64,000 nt of DNA from Anthoceros angustus (Eukaryota > Plantae > Anthocerotophyta): the NCBI GenBank assembly GCA_010909165.1, contig MU008159.1, positions 2,046,001-2,110,000 on the forward strand, read 5' to 3'. Of the stretch, positions 24,716-36,063 are shown in pieces; the stretch's first letter is position 1, and each line of letters begins with the position of its first letter. Made by a program: the position numbers and the translations under genes. Below the pieces are notes generated by a model. That model was not told where the DNA came from. It did not search any database and saw only the letters and a list, made by a program, of their open reading frames with translations.

Positions 24716-26001
24716 ATTTCAGATATTGGTGCGTTGATGTCCTTCTTCGAGGGTTCAATCGCATTTTGATAAGGAAGTGTGTTCTGGAGCAAAGCCGTCT
24801 TGGGTCTGATGTGCCTGTGATCAATATGTTTCACGGCGTGTTCAATGGTTGTCAGGCTGCACTTGTTGCTTCCATGAAAATCAGTAAAGACCTTGGTATA
24901 GTATCGTGCCGAAAGGTGGTGAAACTGATATCTGATGATGATGAGAGACGAATTCTTGCCCACAGTGACCATCAATGTTCTTTTGGGCGAGGCGCCCAGA
25001 AAAGGTTTGTGTTCTGATTCCTAGCTTCTTGTGTGCATTTTGCAATACTGTCGTTGTTGCTTCTAACGATTCGGTTTACGAATAGGTGTGCATATTTTGC
25101 ATGAATCGTTTCAGAGTACGTGGCGGGGAGGAATTGCACAACCTGTTAATCAGGGACCTCTCATTCTCTTCGGATTCTGGAGGCGTTTTTGTACAGTACG
25201 TTTGTCCATGTTTTGATTGATGCTTTGTTGTGTTGTAATACTCTCCGTGTATGATACCTTGTTTGTGTTGTAATACCCTCCTTGTGTTGCCTCGCAGATA
25301 CGAGGAACGACATTCGAAGAATTACAAAGTTGATATGCGCAACTACGAGTGAGCACTTCCGCCAAAAGTGAAAACTATGAGGTGGATGTTATTCAAACAT
25401 TTAAAGTCATTGACCATTGTCCAAAGTGGACCGCAAATGACAAGAATATATCTATCCAAGGGTTTCTTTTCAATTCTCCCATCGATAATCCAAGATCGAA
25501 TGTAAGTATCTTTTGATAAGGGTTCTAGGTTTGTGTTCCATTGGACGTGCTAACTTTAATTTTCTCTGTGAGTAGGCTTGGTATGCAAAACTCCGGGTAT
25601 CCAAAGGAATGCTCTCAAAATATATGAAGACAATGGCGAAGCTGGTCTTGATGGGTATTACGAACAAGAGCCGTGTAACGATGATTACGCTGGCCGACCA
25701 TGGCTCGTGCCCTCGATCTTGGCGTAAGCCACCGCCACAAACCGATGCTGGATTTTCAAGGTAGGATCTATTTGTTGATGCCGTCAGAACTTGTTTATGC
25801 CTTCTATTGACATGATGTGTTCTCACAGACTGTGGACTTTGCAGGTATGACCGTTCGTGGCAAGCAAAACAGTAGCTGTGGTTCTAGTTCGTGAAAGAAG
25901 ATCATACAATGAGTTGCTCAATGAAGAACTCGATCGGATGCGGATGACTTGCGGGTGTGCTTGTTGTCAATGTGACTCGGATATAGTTTTTCCACCAAGA
26001 T
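24441..26001 (+). CDS. Crypton/DUF3504-type tyrosine recombinase core, intron-containing, with several 1-3 bp indels as assembled
   Basis: Exons ..-24663, 24723-25004, 25086-25195, 25298-25501, 25576-25760 and 25845-26001. Motifs in order: KSKRQNNWCRSRLKSF, DLNLILI, AYF(C)MNRFRVRGGEELHNL (Arg 25119), YEERHSKNY (Lys 25317), DHCPKW..FLFNSPIDNPRSN|AWYAKLRVSKGMLSKYMKTMA, ITNKS-R (25657-25674), HK(T)DAGFSR|YDR (His 25736, Tyr 25846). Confidence 0.8.
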
Positions 26002-26084
26002 GTAAGTATTTTCTACCATGAAGGGAGTGATTTTACCGAGAAGATTATGATTCTACTGTAAAGGATGCTGATGTTAAGAATTTG

Positions 26085-28930
26085 TTGTGCATAGGCTTGT
26101 GCTCAATGTTGCCTACAAGTTCAGTAACGTAAGCATTCCATGAGTCGTTTTGGTTCAAGGTTTGTTTCTTTTAATCTTTTGATTGGTATTTGATTCTTTT
26201 TGTTGCTTTTTGTTGCGGTGTTGCCAATCACCACCCTCGCTATCCACCATGAAAGCAGGCCCCTTTTGTCAAGACTGGACCGGTTAGTATCTTGCTGTTG
26301 TATTTTCGTCCTCCTTGCTGGTTTGCACCCAATATTTCATGCAATGTTTGTTGTTGTTTGCAGTTCCAGCATTGTGAAGCTTTGGAAGCTGTCCAAGTGC
26401 CAGGAAGTAGTGTTAAAGATCTTCAGATTGACAACAGCAGACCAACTCCTGGGTGTATTCAACATCGACATGTTGAAAAGGTTAAGTGTAAAGGTGGTTT
26501 AAGTTTTATCCTTCATTCTCTTATTGTGTTTGTCGATTCTATGTTTGTCGGCAGAGTATTAGCCCCACCACTAAAGATCTGTCGCCCACTAGTTTGACGA
26601 GCATTTGGTCCTCATTCAACATTGATGGTGCCTAGTGTGGTGGAGGTGATGCCTCGCTTGGAGGCCTGTAAGCATTTTATGAGTCGTTTTGGTTCAAGGT
26701 TTGTTTCTTTTCTTCTTTTGCTGATTGGTATTTGACTTTTTGTTGCTTTTTGTTGCTTTTGTTGCGTGTTAATCTACCACCCTTGCTATCCACCATGAAA
26801 GGGGCCCCTTTTGTCGACTGGACCGGTTAGTATCTTGTTGTATTTTCGTCCTCCTTGCTGGTTTGCACCCAATATTTCATGCAATGTTTGTTGTTGTTTG
26901 CCCAGATTGTGAAGCTTTGGAAGTCAAGTGCCGAAGTAGTGTTAAAGATCTTGATTGACAACAGCAGACCAACTCTGGGTGTATTCAACATCGACATGTT
27001 GAAAAGGTTAAGTGTAAAGGTGGTTTAAGTTTTATCCTTCATTCTCTTATTGTGTTTGTCTCGATTCTATGTTTGTCGGCAGTATTAGCCCCACCACTAA
27101 AGATCTGTCGCCCACTAGTTTGACGAGCATTTGGTCCTCGTTCAACATTGATGGTGCCCGAGTGTGGTGGAGGTGATGCCTCCTCGATTGGAGGCTGTGT
27201 AAGCATTTTATGAGTCGTTTTGGTGTCGAAGGTTTGTTTCTTTTCTTCTTTTGCTGATTGGTATTTGACTTTTTTGTTGCTTTTTGTTGCGTGTTACCAC
27301 CCTTGCTATCCACCATGAAAGGGCCCCTTTTGTCAAGACTGGACCGGTTAGTATCTTGTTGTATTTTGGTTCTCCTTGCTGGTTTGCACCCAATATTTCA
27401 TACAATGTTTGTTGTTGTTTGCAGTTCCAGCATTGTGAAGCTTTGGAAGCTGTCCAAGTGCCAGAAAGTAGTGTTAAAGATCTTCAGATTGACAACAGCA
27501 GACCAACTACTGGGTGTATTCAACATCGACATGTTGAAAAGGTTAAGTGTAAAGGTGGTTTAAGTTTCATCCTTCATTCTCTTATTGTGTGTGTCTGATT
27601 CTATGTTTGCTGGCAGAGTATTAGCCCCACCACTAAAGATGCTGTGTCAGCCACTAGTTTGACGAGCATTTCAGTTCCTCAGTTCAACATTGATGGTGCC
27701 CAGTGTGGTGGAGGTGATGCCTCGCTTGGAGGCTGTAAGCATTTTATGAGTCGTTTTGGTGTCGAAGGTTTGTTTCTTTTCTTCTTTTGCTGATTGGTAT
27801 TTGACTTTTTGTTGCTTTTTGTTGTTGTGCATAGGCTTGTGCTCAATGTTGCCTACAAGTTCAGAACGTAAGCATTCCATGAGTCGTTTTGGTTCAAGGT
27901 TTGTTTCTTTTAATCTTTGCCGATTGGTATTTGATTCTTTTTGTTGCTTTTTGTTGCGTGTTGCCAATGTTACCACCCTTGCTATCCACCATGAAAGCGG
28001 GCCCTTTTGTCAAGACTGGACGGTTAGTATCTTGTATTTTCGTCCTCCTTTTGGTTTGCACCCAATATTTCATGCAATGTTTGTTGTTGTTTGCCCAGAT
28101 TGTGAAGCTTTGGAAGCCCAAGTGCGAAGTAGTGTTAAAGATCTTCAGATTGACAACAGCAGACCAACTCGGGTGTATTCAACATCGACATGTTGAAAAG
28201 GTTAAGTGTAAAGGTGGTTTAAGTTTTATCCTTCATTCTCTTATTGTGTTTGTCTGATTCTATGTTTGCTGGCAGAGTATTAGCCCCACCACTAAAGATG
28301 CTGTGTCAGCCACTAGTTTGACGAGCATTTCAGGTCCTCAGTTCAACATTGATGGTGCCCTGAGTGTGGTGGAGGTGATGCCTCGCTTGGAGGCTGTAAG
28401 CATTTTATGAGTCGTTTTGGTTTCTGAAGGTTTGTTTCTTTTCTTCTTTTGCTGATTGGTATTTGACTTTTTTTTGTTGCTTTTTGTTGCCAGGCGTTGC
28501 CAACTGTTACCACCCTTGCTATCCACCATGAAAGCAGGGCCCCTTTTGTCAGCACTGGACCGGTTAGTATCTTGCTGTTGTATTTTGGTTCTCCTTGCTG
28601 GTTTGCACCCAATATTTCATACAATGTTTGTTGTTGTTTGCAGTTCCAGCATTGTGAAGCTTTGGAAGCTGTCCAAGTGCGAAGTAGTGTTAAAGATCTT
28701 GATTGACAACAGCAGACCAACTATCGGGTGTATTCAACATCGACATGTTGAAAAGGTTAAGTGTAAAGGTGGTTTAAGTTTCATCCTTCATTCTCTTATT
28801 GTGTGTCGATTCTATGTTTCTTTGGCAGTATTAGCCCCACCACTAGCCACCACTAGTTTGTGAGCATTTGGTCCTCATTCAACATTGATGGTGCCCGAGT
28901 GTGGTGGAGGTGATGCCTCGCTTGGAGGCC
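26085..28930. repeat. ~530-660-bp tandem array x5, each unit carrying three small + strand exons
   Basis: Marker GAAAAG|GTTAAGTGTAAAGGTGG at ~26481, ~27007, ~27542, ~28201 and ~28758. Exons include FQHCEALEAVQVPESSVKDLQIDNSRPTPGCIQHRHVEK and SISPTTKDAVSATSLTSISVPQFNIDGAQCGGGDASLGG. Confidence 0.92.
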
Positions 28931-30789
28931 TGTGCCAAGTCATTGTGGTGAGACTTGAGCTGGAAGTGCAACAGGAAGGATTGTGGAGACACCGCCTATA
29001 GCTTTGGATATGGTAGAGCAAAGATGGGGTTGAGAAGGGTGGTTCAAGCGGGTTTGAGCGGCGTCTTCGAGATTACCCGAGAAAGGGAGAATGACAGGAG
29101 AATCGAAAAGGGAATTTCAACGGCAAATGATTTAGAATCATTGATTGAGCAGAGGCGCAAGGTCGTACAACCGAGTTTCCAAGCAAGAGAGAAAGCTTTG
29201 GAGATCCAAAGGAGAAAAATGTCGAAAGGAGGCAAGAGTATTTCAAGCAGGAAAAACTCAAACAGCAGAAGGAGCAACAGAAATGCGAAGATTGCGTGGG
29301 AAAGGCGTGAAGCAAACTATTGACAATGTTACAGTCCTCCAGCGCCCACTTCCATCCATGGAAAACCATATAAAGTCGTAAGTTGATTTAATTGTTCCTT
29401 GATTTTGATCGCTAATTTTACTTTAGTAGACTAAGACGGTAATGTTTGATTAGGTTCTCAACTTTCGTGAAGATGAAGAATTTCTCCAAAGCCCTGTGTT
29501 CATCAACCGGCAAACTATGATAATGTTGGACAAGTTGCCCGGTTAAACCAAGTGGTCTTGGAAACTATGTCTTCAATCTCTACAATTGTACAAATCAATT
29601 TTCCAAAATAAGGTGGGAATCTTTTCTAATGAACTTTTTCTTTGGCCTATTCCGAATCCTAATTGGTTACAAGCCTAATTTTACTTTGTATATGTAGATT
29701 TGTAATTTCGAATAAGGAGGATCAACTATTCGGTATTTTCTATTTTCTGTTATTTTGAATTCATGCACCGGATATACGAAACTTTGCAAAGATGATATTT
29801 CTTTGTTGGTTTTTGTATATCCCGGATCCGCATGAATGGTACTAATGTAAGATGTTTTACGCCGATTAGCGATTGTGTTGGAATTACTAGGCCTCCTCAG
29901 ATTACAATCTACCATGGTATTTCAGCTTCACTTGCTATTCACTTGGTGATCATTCTTTACCTCTTGTTCTAGTTTTGATTTGGATGGTAAAATGTTTCCA
30001 TTCATCACCACGCTTTTTACTCTATATTCACTTGGTTGATCCATTCTTTACCCTCCTATTCTAGTTTTGACTTGGATGGTAAAATGTTTCCATCCATCGC
30101 CTATGCTTTCTACTCTATTGTTACAATTTCTACCTTATTCAGTAAAAAATTTTTACCAATCGAAAAATTCTCTCTCTTCGTTTTACCCTTTTGGCCCTGA
30201 AAAAAAACCAACTGGGCGCGTCGAGGCCCCAGACGAGGCCGCGACTTTACGTCGACTCTGCTTCCACAAGGAGCATCAGATGGGAAGAGTGGGCCTTCCC
30301 AAGGGCCATCACAGCGGCAGCCTAGGCAAAGCAAGGGAGCATCAGGGCTGCTTGATGACAGCGCATCAACATTGTTCGATGATATCGGGATTGTGCCAAG
30401 GACCACTTTGGAGAATCCTTTCACTACGGCTGAGAAGAATGTCTTGACTGAAATTTGTACTGATCTATCAGAACAGGGGCTACTGGATAAGGAATGGTGC
30501 ATCCATGAAGAAGGAACTGACTCCACCCAATGTAATTTTGATCCCATTCCGCGCTTTGGGTGAACGGTATATGGATGCGCTGAGGACGGTAAGATTGTAG
30601 TTGGGTACATTCTATGGGCTTGGAAGTATGAAGTCCGCAATTCGTAATGAAGCTTCTAATATGCACAATGAAGGAGAAGTTCTTTGTGAAGAATTTAATT
30701 GTCATCACCGGTCTTGAGTGCGGACAAGTCGATTCCAAGGCGATGCAATACTCAAGACCGCGGGGATCGGACGCAATGACAAGTGATCG

Positions 30790-32065
30790 TGATTATGCGC
30801 GCACGCGCGCACAAGTGCGCGCACGAGGGCCCATTGAGACTCGGCGCGCCCGCGCGCACGAGGCCCATTGAGACCCGGCGCGCGCGCACTGGGCGCATGG
30901 TGCTATCAACCCCAAAGGCGTGCACTTGGGCGCCGCACGAGGGCCCATTGAGACCCGGCGCGCCCGCGCGACCGGGGCCATGTGATTCTGCGCGCGCACA
31001 AGTGCGCGCACGAGGGCCCATTGAGACCTCGGCGCGCCCGCGCGCGCACTGTGGCCCATTGAGACCCGGCGCGCGCACGAGGGCCCATTGAGACCTCGGC
31101 GCGCGCAATGGGGCACCATGAGACCCGGCGCGCACTGTGGCCCATTGCGCGCACAAGTGCGCGCACGCGCGCACAAGTGCGCGCACTGTGGCCCATTGAG
31201 ACCCGGCGCGCACATCGGGTAGTAACCGGTGCGCGCACAAGTGCGCACGAGGCCCATTGAGACCTCGGCGCGCCCAAGTGCGCGCACCGGCATGAGGTGC
31301 CCCATTGCGCGCACTGGGCGCCGCCTTAAGCCCAACCGAGGATGTCTCGTTAATGTATATGGTTGATGTATCCGTTAATGGAGTAATGGTTGTCTTTTAT
31401 TGCGGACATTCGGGACTATGCGCGCACTTGGGCGCACGAGGGCCCATTGAGACCTCGGCGCGCCCGCGCGCGCACTGTGGCCCATTGAGACCCGGCGCGC
31501 CCGCGCGCGCACAAGTGCGCGCACAAGTGTGCGCACGAGGGCCCATTGAGACCCGGCGCGCCCGCGCGCGCGACCGGGGCCATGTGATTCTGCGCGCGCA
31601 CAAGTGCGCGCACGAGGGCCCATTGAGACCCCGATGCGCGCCCAAGTGCGCACGAGGCCCATTGAGACCCGCGCACTTGGGCGCGCGCACGAGGGCCCAT
31701 TGAGACCTCGGCGCGCGCACTTGTGCGCGCAATGGGCACCATGAGACCCGGCGCGCACTCCGTCCATGGTGCCCCATTGCGCGCACAAGTGCGCACGCGC
31801 GCGCCCGCGCGCGACAAGCGCGCGCACTGTGCGAGATTGTGCGCACATCGGGCTGCAAAACCGGTGCGCGCACAAGTGCGCACACCTCGGCTCGCCTGGA
31901 GTCCCAGTGCGCGCACCGGGGCATGAGGTGCCCCAGCGCGTGCTTGTGCACGCCTTGGCGTCGTCTTAAGCCCAACTGAGGATGTCTCTGGTTAATGTAT
32001 CTGGTTGATGTATCTGGTTAATGGAGTAATGGTTGTCTTTTTATTGCAGACATTCGGGACTATGC
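30790..32065. repeat. GC-rich subterminal-type repeat array, itself duplicated (~640-bp period)
   Basis: More than ten copies of GGCCCATTGAGACC(C/T)CGGCGCGC with many CACAAGTGCGCGCAC palindromic motifs. A ~100-bp block (CTTAAGCCCAAC..GGACATTCGGGACTATGC) is repeated at ~31325 and ~31965. Confidence 0.9.
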
Positions 32066-32099
32066 TGGCGTTTCTCCAAAAGGAAATAGTTCTAGGGTT

Positions 32100-34290
32100 G
32101 ATGATGACGAAGATGGCCGACCAAGCATGTGAAAGCGATCCTCTCCGGGAGAGCGATGGAGAGGCAAGGAAAAGGCAGTTCGCAACCACGACCAAAGCAC
32201 CGCCATCGCACTCAATAGGGCATTCGATGAGGATTCAATGGAACAAGAAATGAGAGGTACTTGCACCAGCAGTATAGATATCCCGGATGACGATAGTGGA
32301 GAATATGAAGAGCATGAAACCGCAAATGAAGATGTTGAGGACGACGATGCATCGACAACCGATGAGTTGAAGCCGATGACAACAACAGAGAGGATATACA
32401 TAGCGAGGGGGCTCAAAACGTCGCCTAATGTCCCAAGAATCGCCATGCATTGAGGATGCCCAGCTTCTACAAAGTCCGGACAAGAGGGTCAAAGAATCGT
32501 GAAGGAGCGAGCCTGTACAACCAACCTCAAAGGAGGTAGACGCGGATGTTCCAGCCACCGCAAGGACTAAAGGTAAACCAAAAGCGGGGAAAAGAGGAAA
32601 GAGGAATGACATTGAAGACACCATGACGGCGTCATCACCAAAGTCTAACGGACAACGACAGTGGAGCGAGCGCAACAAAGATAAGGACCCGTTACATCAA
32701 ATTCGAGAGTCAAGACAAAAGAGGTGCATTCCGTCATACAGATATGGTTGCCATCACCAAGTTGAGAAGCGCAGACTACATTACTCGTGACGCCGATCCA
32801 AGAGTGGATGAATCGTGGGGAAAACATCTTCTCCGGAAATTAAAAGGGACCTGCAAGAGGGAGTACTTCGCTATGTATGATCGATCCAAGGAGTGCGCAA
32901 GCGTGGAGGTCTTTGACAAAGACAAGTTGAAAAGGCAGCAGACACCATGGGAGTATTGGTGGGAACCACGGCTTCTATGCGCTCCAACGCACGTCTGCGA
33001 AGACCGGAGAACTCACACTTCCAAAGATATGGAAGCTCATATATATGCAGCTTAACCAGAGATGCGTGTCCGCCACGATCACAATGTCAAGGCGATTTCT
33101 AAGAGGATGTCTTTCATTGAGCAAGTCCGATATTCACGATGAAATGAAAATTGCGGTGAGGAGGGTATTAGCATTACAATGGATTGAAGTACAATCTATA
33201 TCGGATGCTAGGCGCCATCGGCGACGCTCGATCGGGAAGAAATGCACGACTTGTCGACCGTAAACCGCTGCTATGCATTGCTAGTGTCCCGCCTCATGTG
33301 TGGACACGGGTGGACGAGGTTTTCGATCTTTGGGAGAGGGGTGAGCTTCGAGCAAGGTAACCGAAGAAAGGCAGCAAGAGGGGAAATCAAAACGTGTCTT
33401 GACATGAGCCGCAGCGGGATCCAAATTTGATTATAAAGCCAATGCATGCGACCAATTGGAGAGTTTTCTGGCATGCCTGTGGGAAGCAGTGAAAAGGATT
33501 ATGTTGTCTACCGGAGAAAGTGATTCAAGGCGAGTTGACCGTGAGCGGCATGAAAACGTGGATAACGAAGGCCAAGAAGTTGAATGTCATCCGCATGATT
33601 TTGCTCGACCGAGGTGCAATTCATTTGCAGAAGTTGAGCGAGAATACCCGAGGCACTCAACACCGTAAGATATAGCGAAATTTCAACCGGTGTTTGATCA
33701 CATTGTAAGTACACGGTATTGTCCGCTCGAGTTAGCAAGGCGCAAAACTAGTTTGCGACTGCCTTCATGTTGCACCTATGAACGCCTCCATCCTGCGCAT
33801 AATCAAGCAGTAAGAGTACAAAGAGAAGATGATACCCGATAGCTTCAAAGAGCACATCAATGCGGCAAGAAATTGGAAGAGGGTGGAAGATTTGCAGAGA
33901 GTCGGCAGAGGAAGACAACGACGCAAAACTAGACATTTTCCATGTTCAAAAGCAAGCAAAGGTCCGTTACGGTAATAACGGTGATATTCGTGAAATGGCT
34001 GCCTACTTGGGGAAAAGAGAATACAAGTCGTTGGTCGCCGATTTACCAAGGGGCAATTTATCGGAGACATGGGATAAGGAGATGACATGTGAGGATTTGG
34101 AGAAGATAATGGATGGATTCATGACAATCACCGAATGCAAGACTTTCCGTGATATTCATGCATGGACTGCACAGATGCGATGTCCAAATGCACCGCGAAA
34201 ATGGTGTGAAAAGGGGGTTTATACAATGGTCCGGGAGAAAGACAACTTGGTTTGGACGAGGGACTTTACGAGAATCATGAGTACATGACG
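32100..34290 (+). pseudogene. Decayed transposon accessory ORF with a ParB/Srx-like motif
   Basis: Acidic N-terminus, then ITRDADPRVDESWGKHL, IGGNHGFYALQR (32955-32969), EAHIYAA, HDHNVKAISKRMSFIEQVR, LCIASVPPHVWTRVDEVFDLWERGEL and CNSFAEVEREYP..FQPVFDHI|gtaagt, with many frameshifts. Confidence 0.55.
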
Positions 34291-36063
34291 GGGTATGGTG
34301 TTCACCCAACTGCTGAAGATATGAGGAAGTGCAGTGCATTGTCCAATAGTGCGGCAGCCGAGATTGGAGCAATGCTCGCTTATTCGACATAGCGCCGTGA
34401 AGAAACTTTTGAATGTGTCCAACGATGGCCATGTTGTTTCTCCTTACCAAAAGCCAATAGGGTTGATGGTCCCGCTATACGACCTATTCACGTAAAGAGG
34501 GAATGGGTTATAGATGGATGCTCGGAAGCGGAGTGGAATACTTATGCATTATCGAAGGGAGGAATCAGATGTTGACCAAGAACAAAGGAGCACAATATTC
34601 ATCGAACAGCGTATTACAGGCCATGAAGTGTTTCCTACAGACGAGGAAGAGTTGACCACCAAACCACACAAACGTGGACATCCGGTTTTTTTTGCCAAAG
34701 AGATGGCAGCAGGGAGATCAGTTAAGCCCAGGGCCGCAACGCTACACTTGGTTCAAGGAACATGCGCACCCATCGACCTTCAAGACTTGAGTCAATCACA
34801 GGGGCCCCAGAAGAAGAAGGAGAAAGATGGCAAAAAAGGTCCGGAAAACCCTAAGAACCCAGACGGAAAGAAGTGCGAAGACCAGAAGAAAGCGACCCTA
34901 CTTGGGACAACCAACATCTGGAGACGTTTGGCTTTGGCGAATCCCAAGGTGGAGAAACGCCATATCTTCCTCTTGCTATTTACGATCCGCAACGGCTGCA
35001 GGAGAACGATGACATCGTCGTCCCGAGGACGGAAAGACAACATTCGCCAAACTAGCTAGAAACATACACCGTTGTCATGTGTTGGAGACTGTTTAAATGT
35101 GAGTGCGCGCACAAGTTTGTGCACAAATACCGTACTCAAGGAAAAGTCGATCGTGAATGTCTCGGATGGTTTTCCTCGTAATTCCGATGTACAATGTGAC
35201 ATATCGTGTATCGCAACAATAATTGAAATGTTTGCGGGTGACATGTCGGAGAAATACCAAAAGGTCGATTCCAAAGGCGGATTTCGACGGTGCGTAAAGG
35301 GGTCGGAAACGTCTGGTGCTGTGGGGTTGGAGAAACCCCTTCGTAATGTGACGCTGTTGAAGGTTGGGTTCCTCCTGGTTGGACACACTCACGACCAAAT
35401 CGACCAGATGTTCTCCTGCTTTTCCAAAAGCTTGAAGCATAAGGAGGCACACACTCTTCCCGCGTTGTCGGACATTCTGGTTCATGCATACACGCCTACA
35501 CCGGAGATCAAAGTTTTGAAGGAGGTCCCGGACTTCAGGTCATATGTATGGCCGATTAGACAAGGCGATGGTCGCCCGGCATATTCATCGGCGGTAAGAA
35601 AATTGAACAACTTATCATTCCAGCACAGCTTAAAATCACCAGAGAAGAGAAAACCACTGTAGTGACAAGAATTAGGAGCAAGCAATATTCGACATCGATG
35701 TACTGGGAAACCGAAGCCGGGTTGGAGTTTTTGAAATTTGTCCCCTCCAACGATATAACAGTTGCACGGCTGACGGCCCTACGGGCTCAAGACAAGAAAG
35801 GGACGTCGGCAGGGTTATCTCCGACGGAAGGAGTGGCACATTTGAAAGCGGGTCTTTCGGAGCTGCGGCCATATGTGACTGGGAAAGATTATGGATGGTG
35901 GGAAGCATTCTGGGTGGACCAAGAAGAAATCGCAGTTATCGTGGAGAACAATATTGGGCTCGCACTAGAAGAGCCGTGGAAATGGTTCTCTCGGGCAGAA
36001 TCGGAAGAAACAGCACAACCACTCCAAGTTCCCGATGAAGCTATCCTTCTTGAGATAAAATGA
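34290..36063 (+). mobile_element. Decayed Sola-like (DUF7869-type) DDD transposase
   Basis: LKVGFLLVGHTHDQIDQMFSCFSKSLKHKEAHTLPAL (35350-35460) is followed by KQYSTSMYW and YGWWEAFW C-terminal motifs. The N-terminal and central parts are fragmented. Confidence 0.75.

Larger units (their letters stand above)
14420..29700. mobile_element. Putative large tyrosine-recombinase (Crypton-like) element with two divergent genes; boundaries approximate
   Basis: Recombinase gene on + (~19.9-29.3 kb) is back-to-back with an unknown gene on - (~14.8-19.3 kb), embedded in a transposon-rich block. The ends were not identified. Confidence 0.4.

Noticed and set aside
25761-25763. Apparent TAG stop replacing the catalytic Tyr
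   Set aside because: GTAGGA at 25761 is a splice donor and the next exon supplies G-TAT-GAC (R-Y-D).
14539-29681. AATTAGGCT (~14540) / AGCCTAATT (~29672) as terminal inverted repeats of the YR element
   Set aside because: Only 9 bp are perfect in AT-rich DNA, and Cryptons are not expected to have TIRs. Not enough to define ends.
30300-30760. Protein-like fragment (TTLENPFTTAEKNVLTEICTDLSEQGLL) as retroelement pol
   Set aside because: No downstream RT motifs are recognisable, so the family cannot be supported.
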